DNA of 53,033 bases from Desulfogranum japonicum DSM 18378. GTDB taxonomy: Bacteria; Desulfobacterota; Desulfobulbia; Desulfobulbales; Desulfobulbaceae. Location: positions 79,815 through 132,847 of the forward strand of contig NZ_KE386996.1 in the NCBI RefSeq assembly GCF_000429945.1, in the 5' to 3' direction. The position numbers were made by a program, and so were the translations under genes. A model generated the notes under the pieces. That model saw only the letters and a program-made list of their open reading frames with translations. It was not told the origin of the DNA and searched no databases. Of the stretch, positions 38,143-48,544 are shown piece by piece; the first letter of the stretch is position 1, and the number at the start of each line of letters is the position of its first letter.

Positions 38143-39333
38143 ATGAAACAGGTTATCAGTACAGAGCAGAAACCCATAAAAATGTGGCTGGATGATATGG
38201 AACCCAGTGCTTTGGCACAGGCTAAAAATCTGGCCAACCTGCCCTTTACATTTAAACATGTGGCCATCATGCCCGATGCCCATTGCGGATATGGTATGCC
38301 CATAGGTGGCGTGCTGGCTACCCAGGGCGTGGTTATACCAAATGCTGTGGGGGTGGATATCGGGTGTGGAATGTGTGCAGTGAGGACATCCTTGACGGAT
38401 ATTTCCAGCGAGCAGCTCAAACAGGTTTTGGGATCAGAGAGGGAAAAGACAGGGATTCGCAGCCGGATACCGCTTGGGTTTAAGCACCATAAGAGGGCCA
38501 GGGAAGAAGCGTTGATGCCTGATCTTGCTCTTGTGGAAAAAGTAAAGAAATCCAAAGTGCTGGAGCAATATCAGGCGGCCCTGAAACAACTGGGAACCCT
38601 GGGTGGCGGGAACCATTTCATCGAGATCCAGAAAGGGGATGACAGCCACATCTGGCTGATGGTCCATTCAGGAAGCCGAAATCTCGGTCTGAAGGTTGCG
38701 ACCATGTACAATAAGCTGGCAGTGAAACTCAATGAGCGGTGGCATAGCCAGATACCAAAGAAGTGGGAACTGGCTTTTCTTCCATTGGATACCGAGCATG
38801 CCTGGGATTATATATATGAGATGCGATACTGCGTTGAGTTTGCCCTGGCCAGCAGAACCCTGATGATGGAAAAAATAAAAGAATGCCTGACAGAGGTAAT
38901 GGGCGCGGTGTCGTTCGATCCCATGATCAATATTGCCCATAACTATGCATCCCAGGAGCATCATTTTGGTGAGGACGTGATTGTACACCGGAAAGGGGCA
39001 ACAAGTGCAAGGCAAGGGGAAATCGGTATTATCCCCGGTTCCCAGGGATCTACCAGCTATATTGTACAGGGGAAAGGAAATCCGGAAAGCTATTGTTCCT
39101 GCAGTCACGGGGCCGGGCGTCTCATGGGGAGAAAGCAGGCTCAGAAATTGTTGAATTTAGAGCAGGAAAAGAACAGGCTGGATCAGTTGGGCGTCATTCA
39201 TGGATTGAGGTCAAAAAGAGACCTGGATGAGGCTGCCAGCGCATATAAAGATATTGATACGGTTATGGCAAACCAGACCGACCTGGTGGACATATTGGTC
39301 AGTCTGAAGCCGCTGGCTGTAATAAAAGGTTAG
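38143..39333 (+). CDS. rtcB: RNA-splicing ligase RtcB (3'-phosphate/5'-OH RNA ligase)
   Basis: The start MKQVIS follows AAGGA. The motifs PIKMW, LPFTFKHVAIMPDAHCGYGMPIGGV, GGGNHFIEIQ and PGSQGSTSYIV give strong colinear similarity to E. coli RtcB. Confidence 0.95.
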   Translation: MKQVISTEQKPIKMWLDDMEPSALAQAKNLANLPFTFKHVAIMPDAHCGYGMPIGGVLATQGVVIPNAVGVDIGCGMCAVRTSLTDISSEQLKQVLGSEREKTGIRSRIPLGFKHHKRAREEALMPDLALVEKVKKSKVLEQYQAALKQLGTLGGGNHFIEIQKGDDSHIWLMVHSGSRNLGLKVATMYNKLAVKLNERWHSQIPKKWELAFLPLDTEHAWDYIYEMRYCVEFALASRTLMMEKIKECLTEVMGAVSFDPMINIAHNYASQEHHFGEDVIVHRKGATSARQGEIGIIPGSQGSTSYIVQGKGNPESYCSCSHGAGRLMGRKQAQKLLNLEQEKNRLDQLGVIHGLRSKRDLDEAASAYKDIDTVMANQTDLVDILVSLKPLAVIKG

Positions 39334-39337
39334 CAGT

Positions 39338-40393
39338 ATGCAAAATGCATCCAATACGCAAGAGGTTGTAGAAATAGATGGTTCCCTGGGGGAAGGGGGA
39401 GGGCAGGTGTTACGGACCTGCCTTGGGCTTTCTCTGGTAACAGGGAAACCCTTTACCATAACAAATATACGGGCAGGGCGGCGTAAACCTGGCATCATGC
39501 GGCAACACCTGACCGCCATCCAGGCTGCAACACAAATAGGTGAGGCTGAGGTACGCGGAGCGAAAGTCGGCGGTCTTGAACTGGAGTTTTGCCCTTGTAT
39601 AATTAAACCGGGAAACTACCATTTTTCCATAGGCACAGCGGGGAGTTGTACGCTTGTGCTGCAGGCGATTTTACCCGCCCTCATGGTAGCTGACGGAGCC
39701 TCAGAAGTTATCCTTGAAGGGGGTACGCATAATCCCATGGCGCCGCCCTATGATTATCTGGCCAACACCTTTCTACCGGTTTTGAGCAAAATGGGGGTGG
39801 AGGCGGGTGTGAAGCTTGATCGACCTGGCTTTTATCCGGCAGGCGGTGGGCGTATGTTGATACAGATACAACCACCCAAGCGATTACAGCCCATTGTCCT
39901 GGATCAACGTTCAGATGTTGAAATTTCAGCCAGGGGTGTTTGTGCGGAATTGCCAGGACATATTGCCAAACGGGAAATGGATGTTGTCCAGCGTCGTCTT
40001 GGCTTGGCAGAAGAGCAAGTGGAGCTGTGTCAGTTGGATAAGTACGGACCAGGCAATTATCTTGCCCTGTATGTACGATCTGAAGAGCTGACAGAGACTT
40101 TCTCCGGTTTTGGAGAGAAAAATATCAGTGCGGAAAAAGTTGCAGGCCGAGTGGTTAAAGAGGTGCAGCGCTATCTGGCTTCAGGAGCTCCTGTTGGCCC
40201 ATATCTCGCTGACCAATTATTGATTCCCATGGCATTGGCAGGGGGAGACAGGTTTCGAACCAGTGGTTTAACAGCTCATGCTCTGACTAATATGGACGTG
40301 ATCACAAAGTTTCTTCCCTGCAGGTTTGACGTGCAGGAGGTGGACGATAGGGTTTGGGAGGTTAGATTCATAGCATTTGTCGAGCATCCCTGA
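39338..40393 (+). CDS. rtcA: RNA 3'-terminal phosphate cyclase RtcA
   Basis: The motifs IDGSLGEGGGQVLRT…TITNIRAGRRKPG…RQHL, SIGTAGSCTLVLQAILPAL and YLADQLLIPMALAG are colinear with E. coli RtcA. Confidence 0.9.
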   Translation: MQNASNTQEVVEIDGSLGEGGGQVLRTCLGLSLVTGKPFTITNIRAGRRKPGIMRQHLTAIQAATQIGEAEVRGAKVGGLELEFCPCIIKPGNYHFSIGTAGSCTLVLQAILPALMVADGASEVILEGGTHNPMAPPYDYLANTFLPVLSKMGVEAGVKLDRPGFYPAGGGRMLIQIQPPKRLQPIVLDQRSDVEISARGVCAELPGHIAKREMDVVQRRLGLAEEQVELCQLDKYGPGNYLALYVRSEELTETFSGFGEKNISAEKVAGRVVKEVQRYLASGAPVGPYLADQLLIPMALAGGDRFRTSGLTAHALTNMDVITKFLPCRFDVQEVDDRVWEVRFIAFVEHP

Positions 40394-40414
40394 AAAACAG
40401 TCTGGTTTTCAGGG
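40388..40414. terminator. 10-bp hairpin overlapping the rtcA stop codon (possible terminator or attenuator; no U-tract)
   Basis: The hairpin is ccctgaaaaac-agtctg-gttttcaggg. No T-run follows on either strand. It lies between the convergent rtcA and rhodanese genes. Confidence 0.3.
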
Positions 40415-40489
40415 ATGCTCAAAACGTTACGCTGGCGGGCGAGAAAATTTTACAGCATCTGCTTTTTATTTGGATTTTATAGACGTCCA

Positions 40490-41068
40490 CTACAGCTGTT
40501 TTACGCCCTGGTCACTGAGATATTTTTTCGCTTTTCGTTTTAATTTAGGGGAATCCTTGACCGCTGATTGAAGGTCAGGATATCCGGCTCTGAACCAGAT
40601 TATCTGTTCCGGTTTATAACCCCACTCTGTAACAGCAACGTAGGTCGCATTATAACTGCGATGACACTTTGGCCCCTGGCAGAAAAATGCTATGGTGGCG
40701 ACATCCTTGTTCAACCCTGCTGCTGCCAGAGCTCCTTCCAGCGAGTCCTGGGTCAGGGTGTTTTCAGCCATGCCTGCTTTATTGTAGGTGAGCAGCACTG
40801 CTCCCCGTACAGTTCCCTTGGCCAGGAAGCTTTCAGGTCTGGTGTCGACCCAGAGAATATTTTCTCCTTTTTTAAGTTGCTGGATTGCCTGGTCCACATC
40901 CCATATCGGCGAACCCCAAGGAAGTTGCGTGTATTCTGATGCAAGCTGATCAACAGGTATTTTCCCTTTGTCTACTTCCTGGGCTATTGCGCAAAGAGTG
41001 CAGAAAAAGAGGCTCATAATGCAGAGGAAACAGCCTGATACAACGTGCCTTTGCCTGATGTGTTTCAT
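40490..41068 (-). CDS. Secreted single-domain rhodanese (sulfurtransferase)
   Basis: A signal peptide is present. The rhodanese fold carries the active-site Cys loop FFCQGPKCHRS, together with ILWVDTRPESF and IIWFRAGYP. Confidence 0.8.
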   Translation of the reverse strand: MKHIRQRHVVSGCFLCIMSLFFCTLCAIAQEVDKGKIPVDQLASEYTQLPWGSPIWDVDQAIQQLKKGENILWVDTRPESFLAKGTVRGAVLLTYNKAGMAENTLTQDSLEGALAAAGLNKDVATIAFFCQGPKCHRSYNATYVAVTEWGYKPEQIIWFRAGYPDLQSAVKDSPKLKRKAKKYLSDQGVKQL

Positions 41069-41102
41069 AGATGCATCTCCTTGGATGAATGGAAAGGATT
41101 AA

Positions 41103-41216
41103 GGGGCGCGGAAAAAATACATTATCCAATCTTGCTTGTCTCTCAACTCGGTAACGTCGTCGCGTCAATGTCTCAATACGAGCAGTATGGAACCATTGAA
41201 GCGACAACGTTACCAA
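41103..41216. repeat. Family-A element (A4), reverse orientation, left half diverged or truncated
   Basis: The sequence ggggcgcggaaaaaatacattatccaatcttgcttgtctctcaactcggtaacgtcgtcgcg…gcgacaacgttacc is the reverse complement of the right end and central hairpin of family A. Confidence 0.55.
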
Positions 41217-41295
41217 ACGACAGCAAGAGTCTCTCTTCCAGAATCAGTTATATGCCAGAGATAAGAGCAATGAGAATTTGGCCTCAATACATACA

Positions 41296-43296
41296 TTACA
41301 GCTTAAACCTTTCAATACTCTTTTGGAGGTCTTCAGCCATGCGGACCAGTTGGTCAGCTGATGCGTTCAGCGATGCGGTGGTGTTGTCTGTGACAGCAGC
41401 TACCTGGCCAAGCTCATCCATACTGCTGGAAAAACCGGTGATCAGGCCATGGGCATTGGTGATGTTTTCTGCAATGTCAACAGCCACAGCTGATTGCTCT
41501 TCCACCGCTGCCGCAATACCCTGAGCTGCCTGACTCGCCAGGGTAATGACCTCACCTATGGAATCTGTACTGGTTACCGCTTTGGTACTTATCTGCTCGA
41601 TATTCGTGATATCTGCATTGATATTCTTAGCTGTTTCCAGGCTTCGATGGGCAAGCTCCTTTACTTCGGTAGCCACAACGGCAAAACCTTTGCCTGCATC
41701 TCCGGCACGGGCCGCCTCGATGGTAGCATTGAGTGCCAGCAGATTGGTTTGATCGGCAAAATCTGAGATAGCTTGATTTGCCTTGCTGATGTCGGCAACC
41801 ACTTCGCTGAGTTTATGCATTATTGTGGAGGTTGATGAGGAAAATTCCATTGCCTCCAGGGTGGTTGCATTGCTTTCGTTGCTTGAGCGACTTATTTCCC
41901 GGATCGACGTGGACATCTCTTCCGTGGAATCCACAACAATGCCCAGGCTCTGCTCTATGCTCGCAAATGCATTTCCCATATTCTGGCTTTGTTTGTTAAG
42001 GGTATGGGTAGATTCCTGAAGTGCACCTGAAAGTTCGGTAACCTGTCCTGCTACGTTTACAAGACTCTTTGCGTTTTCTTGAATCTGTTCGATAACGTGC
42101 CCCAGATTTCGGGTGATCGCCTGCAGGGATTCCCCCAGTATATCGTTTTCTGAGGCCTGGGTTATATCAACTGTCAGGTTGCCTCCGGCAATTTCCCTGG
42201 CCTGATTGGCACGTTCACGGATATGCTGTGCCATGGTATTGAGTGCCGATGCCATGGCACCAATCTCTGCCTTTGCGTTGATGTTCAGGGTTGTGGATGC
42301 ATCCCCGCGGGAAAGTGCTTCTGCAAAGGGAATAATCTGTTCAATGGGGCGGGAAATATTACGACTGACAAAAAGCAGCGCAAGCCCGAGAATAAGGACA
42401 ACCACCACGGTAATCTGGCCAATGGCAAGGGCCCAGCGTTTTTGTTCTTTGGCTATAAATTCCGTTTCATCAGCAACGATAAACAGGTTGCCCACTGTAT
42501 TGCCGTCAACACCATGCAGGGAAAGTTTGTTTGCCAGAAAATGGGAGTTCGAGGTTTGTATGGCAATAAAAGAATGTTGTTCCAGGTCCTTGGGAAGTTC
42601 TGCGATGAGTGTGTCAGAGAGTGCCTGGTCCTGAGCTATGCTTATGGTATGCGAAACAGGATCATACAGAAACAGCTTGTAGCCCGTTAATTCAGCAATG
42701 TTTTGTGTCCAGCGACTGGAGCGAATTGAAAGCTCAACGTAGCCAGCAAGTTCGTCGTCATCATTTGTTATACTGGATAACATGCAGTATTCGGTGGGGC
42801 CTGGTTGCATTCCCGCCTCTGTGCCGCGAAAATAGTGATGAAAAGCGAAATCAGCCGCACTTTGATTGAATACCTGATGCAGTTCTGGCGGGAGAATTTG
42901 AGGACGCCTGGGCAGGCCTTCAGACAGCTGCTCCAAAAGTAACCTTTTATCTGCGGAATAGACAGAAAAACGGGCTATCTCCTCTTCTGCCATGGAAAGA
43001 TACAATCCTTCCAGAATCATGCGTGCTGTTTTGTTTTGCGGGTTCAGGGCAAAGCTGACCAGTTCGTCGGTTAGAAGTACGCTTGTCAGGGATTTATCCA
43101 GATGGATTTTTTGCTGATCTAGCACACTGTTCAGGGCAATGGTGTTGGCGACGCCCATTTCCCTGTTACGTTCATTTTTCAGCCGTTCTATGCCTGAGTG
43201 ATACAAGGTTAAAAAGATGGGACAAAGAAGGATAACCGGCAGGATGCTCAGTCCAAGAATTTTGAATCGCAACGAAACACTGCTTGGTAACTGCAT
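41296..43296 (-). CDS. Methyl-accepting chemotaxis protein with a large periplasmic (double-Cache-like) sensor domain
   Basis: The start MQLPSS follows GGAGG; the 44-aa ORF-track extension is rejected. The order is TM, a roughly 300-aa periplasmic domain, TM, HAMP, then the MA domain ([26 protein letters not shown]). Confidence 0.9.
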   Translation of the reverse strand: MQLPSSVSLRFKILGLSILPVILLCPIFLTLYHSGIERLKNERNREMGVANTIALNSVLDQQKIHLDKSLTSVLLTDELVSFALNPQNKTARMILEGLYLSMAEEEIARFSVYSADKRLLLEQLSEGLPRRPQILPPELHQVFNQSAADFAFHHYFRGTEAGMQPGPTEYCMLSSITNDDDELAGYVELSIRSSRWTQNIAELTGYKLFLYDPVSHTISIAQDQALSDTLIAELPKDLEQHSFIAIQTSNSHFLANKLSLHGVDGNTVGNLFIVADETEFIAKEQKRWALAIGQITVVVVLILGLALLFVSRNISRPIEQIIPFAEALSRGDASTTLNINAKAEIGAMASALNTMAQHIRERANQAREIAGGNLTVDITQASENDILGESLQAITRNLGHVIEQIQENAKSLVNVAGQVTELSGALQESTHTLNKQSQNMGNAFASIEQSLGIVVDSTEEMSTSIREISRSSNESNATTLEAMEFSSSTSTIMHKLSEVVADISKANQAISDFADQTNLLALNATIEAARAGDAGKGFAVVATEVKELAHRSLETAKNINADITNIEQISTKAVTSTDSIGEVITLASQAAQGIAAAVEEQSAVAVDIAENITNAHGLITGFSSSMDELGQVAAVTDNTTASLNASADQLVRMAEDLQKSIERFKL

Positions 43297-43665
43297 GCAA
43301 CAACCTCCTGGCACACCTAGGATGGGGATATGGAAGACGATTGGGCAATTCGTAACAGCTGACCGGGGTTGAAAACAGGCCTCTCCCGATAACAGTAACC
43401 GTTTATCCTGTGCTCTAGGTACGTTCAAGCAGGTCTCTTCGCTATGGCTGGCTCTGCGATAAGGCCTGATAGGGACGGGGAGCTGGTGAAACGGTTACGG
43501 CAATTCTATATCAAGAGTATCACATGCTGAAGAAATGTGAAGAGCAACAAGCTGATATTGTGATATTTTTTCAGAGAAAAAGAATGATGTTTAGAAAATA
43601 TTCATTCTTTTCATATAGTTTGCCGAACGCGTATTGCTCGGAAACAAAGCAAATGCTGTAACATG

Positions 43666-43692
43666 CGCTCACCCCAGTAGGGTGAGTTTTTT
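43666..43692 (+). terminator. Orphan rho-independent terminator (plus strand)
   Basis: The hairpin gctcaccc-cagta-gggtgagt is followed by TTTTTT. No plus-strand ORF lies upstream within 400 nt. Confidence 0.4.
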
Positions 43693-44047
43693 CAATCATG
43701 TTTGGTAAGCGTTATGATTTCAACTGGGTAGAAATATTTTTGAAAATGTGACTATCAACTATATCTAGCCATACTTCTTTATATGGTGCGTATAACGCAC
43801 CCTACTTTTGAACTCCGGTAATGGCCAAGGGATGTACTGTATACGTTCTTCTGTTCCTGCCACAATCCAAAAAAAAAGAACCTGGCAACACCTTTCGCAT
43901 GGACCCGGAGCGTAGGGTGCGTCACACGCACCATGAGAGCTGGTTACAAATGCTCAAGCAAATGCAGCTGAATTTCGTTGGTAATGACGTTCAAAAAAAT
44001 CATGGCAAATGCGGGCAAGGCCGCAACGTGTACACATTTTCTGAAAA

Positions 44048-45280
44048 TCATAGCCTGCTTCTGGCTTCTTTCATGTTGAATCCATAGGTTTGGGTCACAA
44101 AATCCAGGTCTTTATCCCCTCGGCCGCTTAAATTGACCAGAATGGAGCCATGTTTCATCTCGCGGGCAAGTTTCATGCTGTAAGCAACGGCATGTGCACT
44201 TTCAAGAGCTGGAATAATTCCCTCCACACGGCTTAATGTATAAAATCCGTCCAGGGTTTCCAGGTCGTTTATTATTTCATAGCTGATGCGGCCCTCATCT
44301 TTCAGAGCGCTGTGTTCCGGACCCACGCCTGGATAATCCAGACCACTGGCTATTGAATACACTGGAGCAGGATCACCCTTTTCGTCCTGGAGCAGGTAGC
44401 ACTTGAATCCATGAATGAGTCCTGGTTTGCCGAAGGCTGCAGTGGCCGCATGGTCTCCCAGGTTTAAAGAACGGCCCCCTGGCTCTATACCAATGAGTTG
44501 TACCGGGTCATTGATAAAGCCAGAAAAAATACCCATGGCATTGCTGCCGCCACCGACACAGGCGCAAACCACATCAGGCAGGCTGCCGGTCATATCAAGA
44601 AATTGTTCTCTTGATTCAACACCAACGATATTCTGGAAATCACGCACCATCATTGGAAAAGGGTGTGGGCCTACAACTGAACCGATGCAGTAAATGGAGT
44701 TCACCGGATCTTTAAGATACGCTTCAAAGGCTGAGTCAACGGCTTCTTTGAGGGTTTTCAGGCCAAAAGAAACAGGAACCACTGTAGCACCAAGCAGCTT
44801 CATTCGGGTAACATTCGGTGCTTCCTTTGCAATATCCACTTCGCCCATGTGGATTTCGCATTCAAGGCCAAAGTAGGCTGCAGCGGTTGCCAGGGCAACG
44901 CCATGTTGTCCTGCTCCGGTTTCAGCGATTAATTTTTTCTTTCCCATATACTTGGCAAGCAGACCTTCACCCATGCAATGGTTGAGTTTATGTGCTCCGG
45001 TATGGTTAAGGTCTTCACGTTTGAGATAGATCTGGGCTCCACCACACATTTTTGATAAACGGCCTGCGTGAAATACAGGGGTAGGGCGTCCCTGGTAATG
45101 TTTTCGAATGGAGCGAAGCTCCTCGATAAAGCTATGTGTTTTACAGATAACGTGATAGGCATCTGTTATTTTATCCATCTCAACCTGAAGCTCAGGCGGG
45201 ATATATGAACCCCCGTATTGGCCGAAATGGCCGGTTTGGTCAGGGTATTGTTTTGGATAGTGTGCGTAATCTTGGCTCAT
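44048..45280 (-). CDS. trpB: Tryptophan synthase beta chain (orphan copy; no trpA seen in the window)
   Basis: The motifs [58 protein letters not shown] and SGRGDKD are colinear with TrpB1. Confidence 0.95.
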   Translation of the reverse strand: MSQDYAHYPKQYPDQTGHFGQYGGSYIPPELQVEMDKITDAYHVICKTHSFIEELRSIRKHYQGRPTPVFHAGRLSKMCGGAQIYLKREDLNHTGAHKLNHCMGEGLLAKYMGKKKLIAETGAGQHGVALATAAAYFGLECEIHMGEVDIAKEAPNVTRMKLLGATVVPVSFGLKTLKEAVDSAFEAYLKDPVNSIYCIGSVVGPHPFPMMVRDFQNIVGVESREQFLDMTGSLPDVVCACVGGGSNAMGIFSGFINDPVQLIGIEPGGRSLNLGDHAATAAFGKPGLIHGFKCYLLQDEKGDPAPVYSIASGLDYPGVGPEHSALKDEGRISYEIINDLETLDGFYTLSRVEGIIPALESAHAVAYSMKLAREMKHGSILVNLSGRGDKDLDFVTQTYGFNMKEARSRL

Positions 45281-45317
45281 GACTGCGTCCTTTTTGTATG
45301 AGTAATTGAAAATAAAA

Positions 45318-45429
45318 GTAACTGCTCACAGGGCTCTCTTTCTCTCTACGATCAGTTTGGCTTATGCATGATTCTATACGCTGCGCCGGTATGTTCGCAG
45401 AGATATCAAGCATCCTGCAACCAGTTACA
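45318..45429. repeat. Family-C element (C4)
   Basis: The ends are gtaactgctcacag and ctgcaaccagttaca. The interior is a diverged ggcttatgcatgattctatacgctgcgccgg. Confidence 0.55.
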
Positions 45430-45481
45430 AATACAAGAGTTAATCGAGCTTGTCGCTTCGCCTCTGTGAGTAGATACAAAT

Positions 45482-45514
45482 AAAAAAAGGCTGTCGGAAT
45501 GATTTCCGACAGCC
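45482..45514 (-). terminator. Rho-independent terminator of the flagellar operon (minus strand)
   Basis: A perfect 11-bp stem (ggctgtcggaa/ttccgacagcc) with a 4-nt loop is followed on the minus strand by a 7-U tract (plus-strand aaaaaaa at 45482-45488). Confidence 0.6.
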
Positions 45515-45529
45515 CTTAAGAAGACAGAA

Positions 45530-45559
45530 CTGTCGGGACATTGCATGCCGACAGTTTTT
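45530..45559 (+). terminator. Adjacent plus-strand terminator (bidirectional pair)
   Basis: The hairpin ctgtcgg-gacattgcatg-ccgacag is followed by TTTTT. It shares the ctgtcgg arm sequence with the neighbouring minus-strand terminator. Confidence 0.45.
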
Positions 45560-45867
45560 GTAGTCCTTATATTAGGACATTATTCTGCTGGCACAGTTCA
45601 ATTCATGCACCAACACCAATGTCTCTTGAGTTCGGGGTGTATTTTCATTTTCATGCAAAAAGGTATAATGCATTCGTTCTGTATCTGTCAAGCAGGTTGA
45701 CAAAGTCCTTCCCTGTACAGTGTTTTTTATCCATGATGTGAAGGAGAATAGCAACCTGTGTGTTGTAAAAAGGGTTTGTTTCAAGGCGGCGAGGTGAGAG
45801 TGTTTGGCATACAAGACTGCGTGAGTATAAAAATCGTGGAAATACATGCAGTCAGTGGTTACTCGCC

Positions 45868-46746
45868 TTACAGGTAATCAAGGAGACTCAAGGTGCCCAC
45901 ACGTGCTGTGACCTGCATGGTTGCTTCAAGAGAGAGTTCCATTTTGGTGATTTCCGATAATACCTGGGTGAGATCCGCATCCTGATTTCTGGACAGGGTT
46001 TCTTCCAGTTGCACAGAGGCGCTTTCATGTAACGAGATCAGGTCATCCATACGTGCGCTGTTGTTTCCCAGCAGACTGGTCTGTATCCGAACCTGCTCAG
46101 CGGCTTCTTCCAGGGGGGTAAGCTGGTTGGAGATGGTAGTGCTGTCGTAGGTCAGCAGTGCAGTTTCCAGATCATCCAGGGTGGTGAAAAGATTGACCGG
46201 ACTCATGAAGAGTTCTTCCCCTGTGACATTTTTCGCTGCAGTGGCATTTGGCCCAACAGCTATCATCTGGTGATCGCTTGTCCCGTTATAGACCACCGGA
46301 TCGCCTGTAAAAGGCATGGTTTCGTCTTCATATCCGGCAAAAATATATTTTCCGTCAATCTGGGTATTTGCCAGATCACGGAGTTCCTGGTGCAGTTGGC
46401 TCACCTCCTCTGCCAGAGTATCACGGTCTGTATCTGAAAGACTGTCATTGGCGCCGTATATGGCAATTTCTTTGGCCCTGGTCATGATCTCTTCAACGGA
46501 ATCCATATAGGTTTCCGCCATGGAAAGGCTGTCCTGCACCAATTCACAGTTGGAGACGTAACGGTCATTTTTCAGCAGTTCGCTGCGATCACTGACAATG
46601 GAACCTACCACTGAAGGGTTATCAGAAGCCTGAGCAACCTCAACGCCGGTGGAGGTTTTTACGTACAGTTCATTTAGCATCGTGGAGTTTTGGCTCAGAT
46701 TGTACTGCAGGGTTCGGTACGCAGACGCGTTGCGGGTAATGATCAT
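45868..46746 (-). CDS. flgL: Flagellar hook-associated protein 3, FlgL
   Basis: It has a flagellin-like N-terminus (…LSQNSTMLNELYVKTSTGVEVAQASDNP…), the motif DGKYIFAG and a C-terminal LSLLDYL. The length is 292 aa. Confidence 0.85.
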   Translation of the reverse strand: MIITRNASAYRTLQYNLSQNSTMLNELYVKTSTGVEVAQASDNPSVVGSIVSDRSELLKNDRYVSNCELVQDSLSMAETYMDSVEEIMTRAKEIAIYGANDSLSDTDRDTLAEEVSQLHQELRDLANTQIDGKYIFAGYEDETMPFTGDPVVYNGTSDHQMIAVGPNATAAKNVTGEELFMSPVNLFTTLDDLETALLTYDSTTISNQLTPLEEAAEQVRIQTSLLGNNSARMDDLISLHESASVQLEETLSRNQDADLTQVLSEITKMELSLEATMQVTARVGTLSLLDYL

Positions 46747-46781
46747 AATATACCTCGTTGCCGGATTATTGTTCCACTTTG

Positions 46782-48173
46782 TTACAGTTGCATCAGGACA
46801 TCAAGCATATCCCGGATGGTGGCCAGGTATTTGGAGGCTGCCTGGTATCCTGCCTGGTACTGAATGAGCAGCACCATCTCTTCATCTGTGGATACACCGG
46901 AAATGGAGTCACGATTGTTGCTGATTTCATTCAGCCGCTCCTCACTGACTTCGAGCTTCTGCGCATTATCACTGACCAGCAGACCCACCTTGGAAGCAAT
47001 GCGTGCATATTCTTCGGTGAAGGTCGAGCCGTTAACTAAAGATTGTTCCCGTAATTCAACCATTGTCAGGGTGAGACTGTTGTCTCCGGTCTGGCCGGTT
47101 GTTCCGGCAGCCAGCATGGTGCTGTCAGTGAATGCGACCTCGATGGATGCAGATGCCCCTTCCCATGCCGGGGCGAGCGGGTTTGTCGGAGCGACCACTG
47201 TGAAAAGATCTGTTCCTGCGTTTCCGTTCTGGTCCACACCTGTCGTGTGTACAGTGTTCACAGCGTTCACCAGCTCATAGGCCAGCTGGTCAATGGAGTC
47301 GGTAAGTTCAGGGATCACTGTATCCCGGACTTCCAGCAGGCCCTTGAGTGTGCCCCCCACATCATCACTGTCCAGGTAGCCACTGGATACCGGACTGCCC
47401 ACTTCCACCTGCATAAGACCATCCACCTTGGATACGGTAAGGGTCGAGGCAACCGTCCCTGTGACCAGCGGTAAACCATTATTCAGTTGCAGGCAGACCA
47501 TATCATTTTCATCCTGATAGGTTGTGGCACCGATGGTTTCACTGACCTGCTGAACCAGTAAGTCCCGTTCATCACGCAAGGTGTTGGCCGTGGTACCGCC
47601 CATCTCCGCCTGCATAATGGAACTGTTTAAATCTGCTATCTGTTGCAGCTGTTCATTGAGATCAGGAACCAGATACGCAACAGAGGTATTCAGGTCGTCT
47701 ATCTCTTCGCTCAGGAGCTGGTTGATCTCCTGAAATCTGTCAGCCAGATTAACGGCTTCCTGTATTACCTGCTGTCGTTCCGAGGATCCGGATGGATTAC
47801 TGCTCAACTGTTCCCAGGCATCGAAAAAACTGTCTATGTCGCTGGCCAGGCTGGAATCGCTGATGTCCAGAATCTCTTCCAGGTTGCTGAGCGGTGTAGA
47901 AGATGCTTCATACTCTCCATAGGTTGCGCTCTGGTCGACCAGTTGTTTGATGACAAAACTGTTTTCTGCCCGATCAATGGTATCCACCGAGCTACCGGTG
48001 CCATATTGAAGACCGCCATCTTCAAGGGGAGTGGCACTGGTGATATTTGCACTTTGTCTGGTGTAGCCGTCAGTGTTGACATTGGCGATATTATTGCCTG
48101 TAACCTGTACGGCAGTCTGACTGACAAAGATACCGCTGGCACCGGTATAAAGGGATGTGATCAGGTTTCCCAT
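46782..48173 (-). CDS. flgK: Flagellar hook-associated protein 1, FlgK
   Basis: The N-terminus has LYTGASGIFVSQTAVQVTGNNIANVNTDGYTRQ. The C-terminus has ISGVSTDEEMVLLIQYQAGYQAASKYLATIRDMLDVLMQL. Confidence 0.9.
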   Translation of the reverse strand: MGNLITSLYTGASGIFVSQTAVQVTGNNIANVNTDGYTRQSANITSATPLEDGGLQYGTGSSVDTIDRAENSFVIKQLVDQSATYGEYEASSTPLSNLEEILDISDSSLASDIDSFFDAWEQLSSNPSGSSERQQVIQEAVNLADRFQEINQLLSEEIDDLNTSVAYLVPDLNEQLQQIADLNSSIMQAEMGGTTANTLRDERDLLVQQVSETIGATTYQDENDMVCLQLNNGLPLVTGTVASTLTVSKVDGLMQVEVGSPVSSGYLDSDDVGGTLKGLLEVRDTVIPELTDSIDQLAYELVNAVNTVHTTGVDQNGNAGTDLFTVVAPTNPLAPAWEGASASIEVAFTDSTMLAAGTTGQTGDNSLTLTMVELREQSLVNGSTFTEEYARIASKVGLLVSDNAQKLEVSEERLNEISNNRDSISGVSTDEEMVLLIQYQAGYQAASKYLATIRDMLDVLMQL

Positions 48174-48175
48174 AA

Positions 48176-48526
48176 TCAGGCGCTCCGTTCAAGAATCCTT
48201 GGTCCGTTGTCAATATGCAGTTTTTTCCCCTGGGCTGCATAGGTAAGGGCCAGTTTACGAAAGACATTCTTTTGCAAGCCTGCCAACAGAGCCAGACCTG
48301 ATTTGAGCAGGGCCCTGTTACGTTCATTGTTCTTTTGAATTCGCTGAATCATTTTCTTGGTCTCCTCATCAACAGGCTGATCATATTCCTGCAACCTGTT
48401 CAGCAACTGAGCCTTCTTTTGCTGGAGACCATCAAGGGTTTGCATCTGCAGATGGGTTATGGCTGCCCGTTCGCGGACAAGCAGTTCATTCAATGTTGTC
48501 AGGTCTGTCTGTAAAGAGGTCTTCAT
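48176..48526 (-). CDS. Small coiled-coil protein, probably FlgN-like flagellar chaperone
   Basis: The 116-aa ORF is helical and Leu/Gln-rich. It sits between flgE and flgK, 2 nt from the flgK start. No diagnostic motif was found. Confidence 0.4.
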   Translation of the reverse strand: MKTSLQTDLTTLNELLVRERAAITHLQMQTLDGLQQKKAQLLNRLQEYDQPVDEETKKMIQRIQKNNERNRALLKSGLALLAGLQKNVFRKLALTYAAQGKKLHIDNGPRILERSA

Positions 48527-48544
48527 ATTCTTGTTATCTCCGTA

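Noticed and set aside
44012-44047. Possible terminator after trpB
   Set aside because: There is only a 4-5-bp GC stem (gcgggcaaggccgc), and the nearest U-run is about 12 nt away. This is too weak to call.
43821-44087. Small ORFs in intergenic gaps (88 aa at 43821; 91 aa at 45572-45847; 66 aa at 45541)
   Set aside because: They have no ribosome-binding sites and atypical composition, and they overlap terminator hairpins or repeat elements.
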